Part shown: one piece after another, positions 1-16,247 of the stretch
Layout: every line of letters starts with the position of its first letter
How positions within the stretch are numbered: position 1 is the first letter of the stretch
Notes under the pieces: model-generated
Database searches by the model: none
What the model was told of the DNA's origin: nothing
The model's input: the letters and a program-made list of their open reading frames with translations, nothing else
Assembly (NCBI GenBank): GCA_002189035.1
Contig: NEEC01000002.1
Location: 5,146,001-5,210,000 of the forward strand
DNA length: 64,000 nt
Direction: 5' to 3'
Source of the DNA: Utricularia gibba
Lineage: Eukaryota > Plantae > Magnoliophyta
Position numbers and translations under genes: made by a program

Positions 1-1359
1 TATACCATTGATCTATGCCCTTGACATAATAGAACACCCATGTTAGTCTCTAAAACCGTATGGACTATCCCTTATCGGATCAAAGCGCCTTCTCCCCTTA
101 TTCCTCTAGCAGTCCACCTAGCCTTTCGCCGCCTTGACTCCTTCAGCCTTGCATCTTTGTGGTGTGGGAGAGTGGGGGGAGGAAGGAGGGCTTCGACCCT
201 TCCCCTTATATAGAGGTTAGCCTCTCCTTATGGATATTTCCATATCTCTAAGATTCGATCCCCTTGATTTTAGGAAACTTCCTCCTTTGACCATATCTTC
301 CATATCTTGTGAGATTTGATTCTCCCTTGAGTTAGGAAACTTCCCTTGACCATGTCCTTGCCATATCTCGCCATATCTTACCATATTCGTGCACCCGCGC
401 GCACTATCCCTTGCGCGAGCTAGCCTTGATGCTTGCTGACTTCTACCCCTGACAGCCTCTACATGTGATGCTTCCCTGCTCTCCCATTAACCTCTATGCA
501 AGCCTTCTTGCATCTCCATCTAGGCTTTATGCACACTGCATGCGCGCTAACCTCCATGCATGTCCGCTAGACTCTATCACACTTGCTGTTCGCACACTAC
601 CTTATTCGCCATGCTGCGTGTACGATGTCTTGCCCGTGTGCTGTGGGTACCATGTCCCTGCTTACCATCGCTACTCACGTGATGTCATGCACGCACATTT
701 CCTTGTTCGCCAGCACTACTCGCATGATGTCTCGCCATCACACTACCCATACATGTCCATGCTCGCCATGACGTCTCGCCCTTGTGCTGCTCATGCATGT
801 CCCTGCTCGCCATGCTGCTCGTATGATGTCTCGCTTGTGTGCTGTGCATACCATGTCCCTGCTCGCCATCGCTACTCACATGATGTCTTGCCCGTGCATG
901 TCCTTGTTTGCCAGCACTGGTCGCATGATGTCTCGCCATCACGCTGCCCATACATGTCCATGCTTGCCATGATGTCTTGCCATCATGCTGCCCATGCATG
1001 TCCCTTCTCGCCAGTGCTACTCGCATGATGTCTCGCCATCGCATCATCCATGTATGTCCCTGTTCACTAGTGCTACTCGCATGATGTTTCACCATCACGC
1101 TGCTCATGCATGTCCCTGCTCGCCAATGCTACTTGCATGATGTCTCACCCATGCGCTGCCTATGCACGTCCCGTGCCATCCTCTCCCACTAGTGCTACTC
1201 ACGTAAGGCTCTTTTCACGCACCGCCATGCCAACCTTCCTCGCCAGTGCTATTCGCACGTTGGTTTGTGCTGTCCACGCTTGTCTATTCAGCTTGGCATG
1301 CTATCCACCAGGCCCGCTCACCATCTTCCATTCTTATCATACTTTTCCGGATCGTCACA
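1..1359 (-). mobile_element. LTR (Ty3/gypsy-type) running off the left edge, inserted into the integrase end of an older gypsy element
   Basis: Minus strand starts TGTGACGATCCGG at 1359, exactly where the integrase frame (..HALEFQV) breaks off. TATATAA box on minus at 206-212. Internal tandem repeats. The other end is not in the window. Confidence 0.6.
610..1170. repeat. Degenerate ~56-bp tandem repeat array inside the LTR
   Basis: CATGATGT(C/T)TC anchors at 1024, 1080 and 1136 (56-bp spacing). Consensus approx. catgatgtctcgccatcacgctgcccatgcatgtccctgctcgccagtgctactcg. A ~200-bp higher-order similarity (624 vs 825) is also visible. Confidence 0.9.
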
Positions 1360-4090
1360 CCTGGAACTCTAAGGCATGGTGATGACTGTCATAATACGAT
1401 TTCATCAGTTGTTGATTGTGATTTAACATGTCCTTGAGGAGCTTGAGAGTTTCCTCCCATGTTTTTAACTCTAAGTCCACTATAGAAATACTAGAACATC
1501 CTCTATCATATGGAATCATTCTTGAAATGAGACGTCCATACACCACCTCAAATGAGGTCATTCTAATACTATTTTAGAAGCTCATATTAGAAGCATATTT
1601 ATCCCATGAGAGCCAATCTGCCCATTTGGTTGGCTTCTCACTCATGAAACACCGGAGGTAAGTTTCTCACACCTTGTTGACGATCTCAATTTGGCCATCG
1701 CTTTACGGGTGATAGGTGGTACAATAATATAACTGAGTGCCTAGTAAGCTCATCAACTCCTCCTAAAAATTACCAGTAAAAATGCAATCTCTATCACTTA
1801 CAATAAATCCAGGCAAACCATGAAGCTTCAAGATCTTTTCAAAAAAATATTTGGCAACTGTAGTATTACTAAAAAGGTGAGATAAAGCTATAAAATGTAC
1901 ATATTTCGACAATTGGTCAACCACCATCATAATACCTGTCTTTTATTAGAACATAACCCCTTGACATTATTAGGTTTAGGCCACTCAGCTATAGCCAAGA
2001 ATTTTTAAGGGTCAACTTTCACTTCCCCTCATCCAATTAAATGGTCTAAATAACACATTTTAGGCTCCCTAACTAAGTATGTTGAGAGTTTCACATATAA
2101 TTGATAAGTTTCTAACAACTTAAAAATAACATTTAAGTGTTGTATATGCTTTGCAAGAGATGTAATAAAGATTAAAATATCATCAAAGAAGACTATAAAA
2201 AATTTCCATAAATATAGTCGGAAGACATTATAGTAGCAGGCACATTCGTTAAGCCGAACGGCATTACCAAAAACTTATAGTGCCATTATGGGTTTGGAAG
2301 GCGGTCTTGGGAATATTTGATTCCCTCATTCTAATCTAATGATATCCCAAGCATAGATCTAACTTCGTAAAAATCTTAAACCATTTAATTCAGATTATAG
2401 CTCTTCCACAATAGGAATGGGGTACTTCACTTTCATAGTAGTGGCATTCAAACCTCTATAATCAATACACAAATGCCAGCCCCCATCATGTTTCGGGATC
2501 AGTAAGATAGGGGCAGCAAATTGTGAAGAACTTTCACATATCCATCCTAATGATAATAATTCAAAACATTGATTTTCAATCTCCATTTTCTATGTGTGAG
2601 GATACTCGTATGGTCGCCTCAACACTGTCGATGATCCTTAAAGTAAATAGATCGCATGATCACAACTATCAATGGGCGATAGGCTAGTTGGTGCTTGGAA
2701 AATATGACAGAAAACATTAGCTAGTTGTGAAAGAGTGAGAGTAATATTAAGTTTGAGCACAAGGTTAGTGTGCTATAACTATAACAACTTATGAGAGTTG
2801 TATTACTCATGAACCACAAAAGTGCGATTGCCCACATCAAAGTTAACCCATCTCTTACCAAAATTGAACTTGATCGTCCCCAAGGATTGCAATAAATTCG
2901 TACCCAGAACCCCTCATAACCTAATTCATTCAACAGGTAAATATCCATTGAGAAACACTGTCCTTTGATCTCCAAAGGACATTGAGCAGAAGGCCAACAC
3001 AGCTTGTACCCTCACGATTGGTGACAGTAACATGAACCCCTTTAACTGGAATGACTTACAAATGAAGCTAGTAAGTGAGGTAGGCATGCAAGAATGTATG
3101 AGAGCTACCGGTATCAACCAACAAGATCAAGGATGTTCCATGCATCGTAACTCAGATTTTCATTATAGAGTTAGAGGATGTTCCCGTAGCCACTAACAAT
3201 GGCAATTCCGAATTATCCGCACAAGTGGAGCATTCAGAATCACTATCACTATCACTATCATTCAGGTGTGGAGAGTCAACTATAGTCAAGTGCTACATAT
3301 TCAACATTATGACTAAGAGGAGGAAAACAGTCCTTCTAAGGCTGCAACAAAGCAGTATTCTTAGAGAAAATGCAAGCCTTCCTCATCATCATCTTGACAA
3401 TAGTCAGTTTAGTCAATAGAACAGGGCCTCTTAAGGAATCAAGTAAACCTTTAAGAGAAGTTTCCAACTTAGAATCCAAGATGATCACTCTTAGGGTAAG
3501 ATTCAGAAAACTTTCATTATAAGCTCACAAGTCCTTATCCATGTGCAACTCCAACAGTTCTGCTATAGCTGAATTGACAACATTATTGGAGAATGGATCA
3601 CAATAGTCTCCCTTAACCAACTATCAATATAGATCCCGATGGCCACGTGAAAATTTCATGAATCATGATTGAACTACTCCCTCCAAGCTAGTGGCCACAA
3701 TTTGAAGCTTCTCCTCCACAATATTGATGAGATGACAAGCAAAGAAGTAATCCATTGTGTTGACCCAGTGTACCAGGTCTGATGTTCCATCAAGTTTAGG
3801 CACATCCGAGTGTGCCGGTTTAATTAATTTTTGAGAGGAGATGGAAGGTTGTCACATGAGTAAGTTTCCATAAAACGCAGGTCTACGAAAGAACTAGCTT
3901 GAGGTTGCTCTCCCATTAGCCTTGAGGGATCAAATGGATCCATGTGGTCCATGCGCTGGGATAGCGATTGAACACTTTGCTTGAAATCCACAATAGATTT
4001 GATTAGGGGCCTGAACGTAGCCTTCTTCCTATTATCTATCATGTAGATATAAACAAGACCAATTGATTCCAAAGGTGTCCACGTACATAT
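1360..4090 (-). mobile_element. Degenerate Ty3/gypsy internal region (gag-RT-integrase remnants)
   Basis: RT fragment APILLIPKHDGGWHLCIDYRGLN..KYPIPIVEEL (2395-2586). Integrase C-terminal fragment FEVVYGR...MKSYYDSHHHALEFQV (1355-1561). Many stops and frameshifts. Confidence 0.9.
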
Positions 4091-4449
4091 TGGATGTTCT
4101 ACATATACTCATCTCATACAAAATTTGGGCCTCACTCAAGCCAAAAGCTACCACCCAAAAGGATATAAACTAAAATAGAAACTAACAACTGAACAAATAT
4201 TACTTAACTTCACTCCCACCTTGACATTTCTAGTTCCTACGAGTTGATCTCCTTGCATAGCATATAGAATCCTTGTTGGTAATGAGATTCCTCACAATTA
4301 TACAGAAGTATTATGGAAAAATTGATTTATTTGTCACATACCAGACCTAACTTAAACTACACAATAAACATGCTAGGCTGGTATATGAAGCAATCATAGA
4401 TCTCACACATGATTGTTGCAAAAAGATCACTTAATTATTTTAAATACTT

Positions 4450-4921
4450 TGGATGTTGATCTATTCTATCCCTATGCATACAGGATCAAAGAAGTTACCA
4501 TCAAGTGCTATTCAGACTAATTGTGCAATGGAAGAAGATTGTAAAAGCATGTTTGGATAAATGAGTGTTATGTTACTTGGTTCACAAAAAAATTAAACAA
4601 TAGTAGTGCAATCTACTGTAGAAGCAAAATACATCTCTACATCTCAAGCTGCAAATTTTTGCATATGGTTAAGACAGATTCTTAAAGATTTGGATTTCAG
4701 TCATGTATGTCCTATAGATCTACTAATTGGAAACAATGGTACAATTTCTATTGCAAAGGATCCTACTCATTTTGGAAAGGCCAAGCATATTCAAGTAAGG
4801 TATCATGCTTTGAGAGAATTTGTAAAAATAGGACAAATTAATGTGAAGTATGTGGAATCAAGGTTTCAATTAGCAAACCCACTCACTAAAGTGACAAACT
4901 TCAATTTTAGTATTTTAGAAG
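4450..4921 (+). mobile_element. Ty1/copia RNase H remnant, interrupted by a solo LTR; element resumes at 6291 (PPT-like GGGGGGA at ~6351)
   Basis: ORF 4606-4941: QSTVEAKYIS..CIWLRQILKDL..IAKDPTHFGKAKHIQVRYHALRE..QLANPLTK, the copia RNase H signature. Confidence 0.88.
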
Positions 4922-6290
4922 TGATAAACAAAAATTCCTAATATCGTTGCAATAAAAAGAAATCTGTATCAAATAAATTTATCATCCCTAATCTACACAA
5001 AATACAAATTTAGAAAACTTGTATAGTAGATATCGGGGTCGATCACGAAGAGCTTGTGCTTGCTAAGTGTTTTAATAGATGCATAATTCGGGACAACAGT
5101 AAGTCTTAGTCTAAGCTCGGAGCAACAGTAGTAAACAAGTTCGGTAAACAAGATCAAGTTTAAATGCGAAACGTAACAAGTACTAGTTCTAACTCGGAAT
5201 AATACGAAGATGCCTTAAGGGTCTGCAGGTGGTGTGGTGCTAAAATGTCTAACTTAAATTACCTTGTCCCTACACTCACAACTTCAAATAACCTAAGTCT
5301 AACCAGGTCATTTGTAATATTTTTGGCTAAGCTAGTTTCCAATATCATCACCAACATTGCAATTAGGTCTACCCGCATGCAAAGTGTATAGAACTAGGTC
5401 TACCCGGTTCTACTGGTTCTACCCCGAACTAACACCTATTGCGCCCGTCTTGATTTGTTGATCTACCTCTAAACCAAGCTTTTTAATCGTGAAGTTACTT
5501 GTTCCCCTTCTTAGGTCTACCCATGGAATGATAGAAATAAGAACTAAGAAACAATGATGAATTTTATTAAGAATCCTAGACCTACACCACCATGCTTCAT
5601 CTTAAGACATCCCTAGGATTCTAGCTACTCATACTTTAGAAGTTAAGCATGATGGCATTAACATAAAACAACGAAAATGTCAAGAACATTGTGAAAGAGT
5701 TGCTTGTAGAAACTGAAAACATCAACAAACTAAAATAAAGCAATAAGAGTTCAGTTTTCCATCTGCTATTGTTTCTTGGCCGGAACAGTAGCGCTGGACT
5801 GGATTCTGATGCTGTTCTTGAGGGTGAAGTCCTTCTTCTTCCCCCTGGTTTTTGTTCTTCGTATTGGAGTTGGAGGTTGGGGGAGAAACCCCCTCGTCCC
5901 CCGTTGGAGGTTGCTGAATGTTGGAGGGAAAAATCCCCCCCGTGTGTGTTCTGAAAATTCTGGGTTGAATCCCTCCTTTTTGCGACTCTCTCTCCTCCTC
6001 CTCATTCTCTTACCTCTCACTGTCCAAGTCAATTACATTCTCTAACAAATCTGCTGCTCCTGGTCCTAACTTGTAGACTACCACCATGGCATGCACGAAA
6101 TCCAGATTTTTTTCTTGACTTTCGGGTTGTTGCTAGACTCCAAAATCGGGTTAGACATGGGGTGGGTCACCAAAAATCATATTTTTTTTCTAATCAAATA
6201 AAAATACTTAAAACTATAAATTAACACTTAAATATAATTAAAAATTTATGATTTTTCATATCTTAAAACATGAAAATTTGTATGCTATTA
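4922..6290 (-). mobile_element. Solo LTR (Athila/Tat-like), 1369 bp, with 5-bp TSD AGAAG
   Basis: Termini TGATAAAC...TGCTATTA (CA mutated to TA). AGAAG at 4917-4921 and 6291-6295. Colinear along its length with 20153-21543. Orientation and lineage are inferred from LTR end motifs. Confidence 0.9.
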
Positions 6291-7379
6291 AGAAGGAAAC
6301 ACCAGATAGTTGAGACATCACAATGTCAAAGACTCACCACACTTGAATCTGGGGGGAAGTCTTAGAGAAGATTTGTACGAGGAAAACTAGTGAGCACACT
6401 TATACATCAAGGAAAAAAAGAAAAAAATATGTTGTCAGTTATGGTGAGAAAGAAGACTTTTTGTTATTTTATCTATTAGGCCACTAAGCCTACAAAAATC
6501 CTAGAAATTGATATTTAAGATGTCATGCCCTATGTTTGTTCTTATCTTATTTTCCCACATGGTCTATTGCATTAGGTTTTTATCTTTGGAAGGTTTACAA
6601 TGGCGACCTCACAATAGGCACATGGGTAGCAATGACATGATGGGGGAGGGTGGTCACTAGTGACACACATTAGCCAATGGTGGTATTTGAGGTACAAAGT
6701 AGGGTATGATTATTCAAACTAGTTTTTCCATTTTGTAAAATAATATGATGGCAATTTTACAAGTGTACATGAACTATTAAGGTAATAAAAAAATACTTAA
6801 TTCATATAAAATCGATTATTTTAGATTTTCTAAAAAATGTACATGTAAATAAATAATAATAAAACAAAAAGATGAGTATTAATCAATAGAAAATAATGAT
6901 TTTAGATCAATTTTGTACCAATGCAAAAGTTTGTTACTGCCTATGTATATAAACCTTAAATATTGATTTACTTATGTAAGTTTTAGTACATCACTTTAAA
7001 ATAGTGCTATTTATTAATCATTATAATATCGTTCCTTATTTAGTATAATTATATAATAAGAAATGAAACATATTATCACAATTATTTCAACTGTTATGAA
7101 AATAATTTTTTTTCCAAATTCAATTCTAAATACTATAAGCTACAATTCATATCTTTGTATACCAATTAAATCAAATGTACATTAACAAAATCAAAATTTC
7201 AATTTTGGATTCTCCCACATATTTTTTTATAGTAATCAATAATATTACATAAAACAAAATCAAAGCTTCAAATAAACATCAAGAAATACAATAATACAGC
7301 AATACACATGAATTTGCACAAGTACGATTGCATCATACATCCTTAGTTGGCAAGTATTTAAATGCATATAATTGATTTT

Positions 7380-7660
7380 AAATGTGAAAAATTTAAAAGT
7401 ATGAAAATTTAAAAATATGGTTAAAAGACGATTATAGTTGTTAAACCAGAAGAGTTTTTATATGAAAAAAGATTTAAATCTTTTACCAGACTTGATTTAC
7501 GGAATTAGATAAAATATTTTATCTAAATCTTTTAAGATTTTATTGAAATTTTCATGTGAACTTAAGATTTTTTATCAAATTTTCATTCTTTATGCAACTT
7601 GAGTTTTTTAAAAATCCAAAGTCATGCATTTTAAACAAATAAATCATTGGGTCTTAAATT
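7380..7660 (+). repeat. Dispersed AT-rich non-autonomous repeat (other copies ~19190-19440 on + and ~27900-28200 on -)
   Basis: Shared blocks AAAGATTTAAATC..AAGATTTTATT..ATGCAACTTG(A/G)G in all three copies. Confidence 0.6.
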
Positions 7661-8652
7661 TTTTTAAATTAAATTAAAAACATTATAAAGATTCATAAAA
7701 TATATTTTTCTCTTTAAAAAGATTAAATTACTTAAAGAATGCCAAATTAATAAAAACTAATGACAAAATGAAACATAAAGCAATTAAAAAGAATTTTAAA
7801 GGACAATAAAAAATTATATTTGGGATAACGCAAAATTGATTATCATAGTAGGGATTATCTTTTGCCAAACTATTTATCGGAAGAATGGGAACTAATTTTA
7901 TAGGAACGGATTATAGCTGATTTTAAAAAAATGAGGATTTTTTTCAAGTTTGAAATAGTAATGATGATCAATAATATTTTAGAGACTAATTATATCATTT
8001 GAATAAAATTAATGCAATCATTTTGTATACATATTATTAAAAATTATATAATTAAATTATTATTAGTATTGTACAAAAAGTTTAATATAAGTTGATATAA
8101 TTTTTAATGATTCGAATTTATATATAATTATTTTTACATTGAAATTTATTTATTTATATTGTAATTTTTTCAAAAATACAATTGATAAAAAATCCTAGAT
8201 AGTAGAATCAATGTATGAATTGTCAAACTCGAGATATTATTGAAAGTTGCTTTTTGATTGTTTCCCTTAAGAAAGTGTTGGTTGAAAAAGAATAATAACA
8301 CACAAAAGCAAAGAATCAAATGATTGATAATTTAATGTTCTAAAAGTATTTTTTATCACTCGATTAATTAATTATCCTCAGAGTTTTGTAGTTCATAATG
8401 AAAATCAAAACTCCCTTTATAGAGTATGACAATATGATAAAATATAATCGAATTTGTAAAATTACAAAATGGATGAGATCTAATCACATTCCTAATGTTA
8501 AGTAAAATTAGGAAGTTGATTTTTGTCTTCCAAAACCAATTAATTATTGAATAAACTTACTTACTCCATCAATATATTAATTGAATGATACAACAGGAAT
8601 TTACATTGGATGGGATCGGTGAGAATGAAATGTACCAAAGTTGCTGGAAACG

Positions 8653-11657
<3,005 letters not shown>

Positions 11658-12960
11658 GCTTGAAGCAACACACAAAGCAATAAGCTCTTATCTACAACAT
11701 TTGTAGATGAGGATCTTACATTAGTTCATGCATTGAAAATGTATCACTCAGATGCTGTTCTCCAAATGGAAAAAGACACTTAGTGGAGCCGAATACTATG
11801 AGGCTGTATCGAAACCAAATAGAAAACACAAAAATGATAAAGACAAACATAAAAGTAGCCGACATTCAAATTTTAAAAAACAGCACAGCAACAAAAGGCA
11901 TCAGGTATACATTTAGTCAAAATAAACAGTGAGTTTCTGGTAACCACAAATGAGTACTAATCAAAAACTAAAGACAGAATAGTATTGCAATTTGGAGATT
12001 AACCATTTATGGGTATTTGGCAAACGCAAAAGCTTTACCAAACAGCCAACTTCTTCAAATAAGGAATGCAAAGAATTGGTGATAAGAACAAGAACAGTGT
12101 TTAATGGAAAATGGAAGCAAATTCATCAAACTCACCCAAAAAGAGAACGTTGAGGTCACTAGTTTGTAGTTCCTGATGTGCACGTCTTCCTCAACATTTC
12201 CTGTGTAACGATTCATTGGATAACCAAAATGAGGTATTAACCAAAAAAGTGAAAGACTTTGGGTGTATTGCTGCTTCTTTTCCCTTGTTTATCTCAATGT
12301 GGATGACAAGGGAAAACATATCAGAGCGAGCTTAGCCAGCACTTCATTGTGTGCTTCCCTCTCAGCTTTATCTTCGAGGCTGAGTTTTGTGCGTGACTGG
12401 AAAAGCAGAGCTTGCCTTTCTCTACATCTTCACAATTTTTTCGCACAGACTTTCATGCTCGAAAAACCAGATAAAAACATAGACCACTGTGGAACATTTT
12501 CCTCCACAAAAAAAACTTCTTATGTATCAGCAAAAACTCCAAAAGGGAGGAGGTTCACCCCAACAGAAGGAAGCTGCTAGGAGCCAAAGTGTGAAGATCA
12601 TCAGTAGCGTTCTTGGTATTCCACTAGAACTCACAAGTTCAGACTTCAGATTTTACTATCGCACTAAGTCCAACAGCTAGATCCAAGTGTAATGACTAGT
12701 TGGCCAGTTGTGCACCAATCATTCTAGCATGTGTTACAGAATTTATCCTCTTTTGTGTTATACATCCAAAGCTAAAAGATAAAGAAGCTTGACAATGTAA
12801 TAGTATACGTGAATTGGATTTTCATCGATATTTGATAGTGTAAGCTAAAGATGCATTTTTTTTTCACTTGTTGTCTTTCAACGCTCTTCGAACTTCTTTT
12901 CAAGTGAATGCAACCCTTCGTTTTCTTTTTCAAGGAGAAGTGAACCAGCAGGAGGAGCAG

Positions 12961-12969
12961 CCACGTGTC
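12961..12969 (+). promoter_or_regulatory. G-box/ABRE (CCACGTGTC) ~230 bp upstream of the NYN gene
   Basis: Exact CACGTG/ACGTGTC core, with further ACGT cores at ~12974 and ~13019. Motif match only. Confidence 0.4.
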
Positions 12970-13197
12970 AGATACGTGGAAGCGTCGGATGCCACACGCT
13001 CGAACCCAGCCGTCGGATACGTCGCAGTTTCTTTTTTATCCTCTTTTGTGGACGCCGCAATTGCATTGCATCGCGTTTGTGAATGGGAACGCAGATATTG
13101 TGATTATCATCACCTTCAATTTATTCATGAAGCTGAAATAAGAAGAAGATGAATTTGATTGCTGAGTGACCAAGAAGGATAATGTAGCGGAGAACCC

Positions 13198-15081
13198 ATG
13201 AAACTCGTTACAACGCCGTTGTCGTCATCGCTCGCGTTGCGGTGCTGTAGCAGAAATTGCTACTCTAAGATTGTGGCGAAGAAGGATAAATCGTCCCACC
13301 CGCATTCGAATCAGGTGAAAAAATGCTTTCTTTGCCTTTCCCCATCTTTTGTGTGGCGCTGATTTGGTACTTGAACAGTGATATTGTGGTGTTGAGTGGT
13401 GTGAAGGCTTGCTTTGCTCTATTTAACTGATTTTCCATCTGATTCATGTAAATTTGATCCATTTCATCTGTGAAATTTGTTTGAAGCCAGTTTTCCCTTT
13501 AACCTCGAAGGTTGTTTTTTTCTCATAGGGTGCAGAGCCATCACCTCCACGAATTACATCGAATGTGAAGCAAAATTTGCAGTTCCTTAGATTATGGAAG
13601 GTTAACTTTCACTTAAAGTTATACGCTTTTGAGTCTTGGCAATCCTTCTTACACATTATTAACCTCATTAAGTTCATGAACTGTATAGGAGTTCCAGAAA
13701 AGAAAATGTAGCACTCCAAGACCTAGCACTAGTTACCGCAGGAAGAGGGCAGAGAAGGATGAGATGCCGGATGATACTGAGCTGTATCGTGATCCTACAC
13801 TGACTCTATACTAGTAATGCATTTTTCTTGGCGTACATGATTTTCCTGGTATATGGTTTTCTTCTTTCTCTGGAAAATCTCAAATGATATATGCATGATC
13901 GATTTGTTTGTTAGTACAAGCCAAGGTTTGGAGACTGTGAGTCCTGTTTTACTTGTTGATGGTTACAATGTGTGTGGCTATTGGGCGAAGTTGAAGAAAC
14001 ACTTCATGAGTGGTAGACTTGACATTGCTCGCCAGAAGCTTATCGATGAACTTATAACATTTAGCTCATTAAGAGGTCTGCAGCTTATCTTTCATTCATG
14101 ATCATAATTTCAGGAATTCCATATCTGCAATTATACTGGTTATCTTGGGGAAGGCCATTCATGAAATATCTGTGTTCATAGTTTCCCATTTGCAGAAGTT
14201 AAAGTAGTCGTCGTGTTTGATGCCATGATGTCTGGTCAACCAACACATAAGGAAAACTTTGCTGGGTAAATTTACCCTCCGACAACTTCCATTAAAGTTG
14301 ATTTCATTAGAATCATTTCTGTGCTTATGGTTTGACTCCGTCACGGTTGCGACTGATTTCCTTAACTTGCTTTGGTGCATCATGGTCTACTTATATTTTT
14401 ATGTTCTTTCAGAATTGATATAGTATTCACAGGGGAATCTTGTGCTGACTCGTGGATTGAAAAGGAGGTTAGAAATTTGTCTGAAATCTGCGTCTCATCT
14501 TGCAACGAAGTAAGGATTATTGGGGCTTGCAGGTGGTAGCACTGAGGGACGACGGCTGTCCAAAGGTTTGGGTGGTAACATCAGATCATAAGCAGCAACA
14601 TGCAGCTCATGGAGCAGTACGCTTCCCTCCACCTTCACTAGACTTACCAAGATGTATTTACTCTCCAGGTGATCTCACCTCTGAGGTTTCACGTTGTGCT
14701 TGTTTGTCTTTGCTGATGCAGGGAGCCTTCGTCTGGAGCTCAAGGGCATTGGTCTCCGAGGTAACAGCCAGCCATTAACAGGTGCCTGTGATGCATATAC
14801 CTTTTGCTGCGTTTCCTGAAACCAGAGTTGACAAATCCCACAGATCAAAGCCTCGCAAAAGGAAGTGGAGCAGATGATGCGGGAGCACAGGTATACATAC
14901 ATACCACCATCAAGACTGCCTTGTAGCTCCATCTCACTGCCATTTGTTTTTCCGATTCGATAGGTCGAGCTCGATGCAGGGGAGATTGTTGAAGCACAAT
15001 CTTGACTCAGAAGTGGTTGAAGCTCTCAAGGATTTGAAAGAAAAGCTGCTGTCTGAAAACGGCAGCTCTTCCTCTACATAA
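13198..15081 (+). CDS. YacP/Rae1-like NYN-domain ribonuclease, probably plastid-targeted; ~10 exons
   Basis: Spliced translation MKLVTTPLSSSLALRCCS..PPRITSNVKQNLQFL..YRDPTLTLYY..LLVDGYNVCGYW..VVVVFDA..CADSWIEKE..VWVVTSD..GAFVWSS..GRLLKHNLD. Frame is continuous across the GT-AG junctions checked; stop at 15079-15081. Confidence 0.9.
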
Positions 15082-15443
15082 CCAAAAGGAGGAGGATCAT
15101 GTTCATTCCTTTGTTCTTGTTCCTGTGCATATATACCCCTTTTTTTCATTTCTAAATTCTAATTAAATTTTCTAAGGCTTTCTTTTTTTTTGTATAATTT
15201 AGTTACATAATTTAAATTAGATATAATGTATGAATTTAAATTTGAAATACAATAATAAATGAATTTAGATATATTAAATAAACACATATAAGGAAATTAA
15301 TATAAAATGCACCTTATTCTTTATTTTTTTGATCAAAACGTATATATATATGATTTAAATTATTAAATTAAATTAAATTAAATTAAATTGTGATTCAATT
15401 TAAAAAATGTTGTAATAATATTCATATTAAATAAAAAAAATAT

Positions 15444-15760
15444 TTACAGCCAACTCATATCTGTCCCTTTTATTGATGTCCCTGACTGGAAATTATTTAT
15501 TGAGTGGCGTTGACCTGAGTCGACGACGTTCCTTGGGTTAAGAAAGGCCACCCCGGCAGTGCAGTGCCACACATGATGAGATGAATCTTGTGTTGGCAAG
15601 CAGGAAGGTGGATGTGCTGGGGAACGCAGGTTTCTGCAGACCATGGCGATGAGCTTCTCTAAAATCTTCTCTCTCATTCCTTGCCTTCTTCTTCTTCTGG
15701 TTTATCAAACTATTGACATTGTTGGAAGCTTGTTGAAATATCAGATCCCGGTCAAGAACA
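15444..15760 (-). pseudogene. Fragment of the unassigned local gene family (3' module)
   Basis: gctcatcgccatggtctgcagaaacct and ttcttaacccaaggaacgtcg align with the minus strand of 26400-26490. GLS*PKERRRLRS vs GRSQPNERRLWS implies a CAA>TAA change. Confidence 0.5.
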
Positions 15761-16247
15761 CATCACAATGTTTTTTACCATCTTTTTGTTACAATTTCTA
15801 GTAGTTTCGTTGGAATGCGAATCACATATCATGAATTGAAGCGTGTTAGTATTATGAATGAGACTTTTAGGAAATCTCTGAAACTTCAATACTTTGGAAA
15901 AATTGAAAGTTTTTGATTCATGACACTTTGTATATACATGTGTTATATAATATCTCATTTCTGTTGATTCTAATATCATCGATTGAGATGAGCTCGTTGA
16001 ATGTTATAAGATGTATAATGTGATTTACACATGACTCAAACCTTTATTCTTCTTCATTTGGTGTGGTGTTTGTAAGAGTTCTGATCCAACATTTTTTTCT
16101 TCACAGCATCAAATAATTGCATCCGGGGGGTGAAAACCCTTGGTCAAGGTAAACATCGTTTTTTTTTTTTTTGTTGAATACAGAAGCTCTGGGCTAGAAA
16201 ATAAGGATGTATGCAGAAGATTAGCAGATTGAAAAGGCCTCTATTGT

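Noticed and set aside
465-1382. Several overlapping His/Cys/Met-rich ORFs up to 187 aa
   Set aside because: Artefacts of the 56-bp tandem repeat in an LTR; open in several frames on both strands
5766-6045. Hydrophobic ORFs inside the solo LTR (also 20869-21307)
   Set aside because: The reading frames are not conserved between the two LTR copies
16159-16172. T14 run downstream of the unassigned ORF as a retrocopy poly(A) tail
   Set aside because: Similar or longer A/T runs are common throughout the window and no TSD was found
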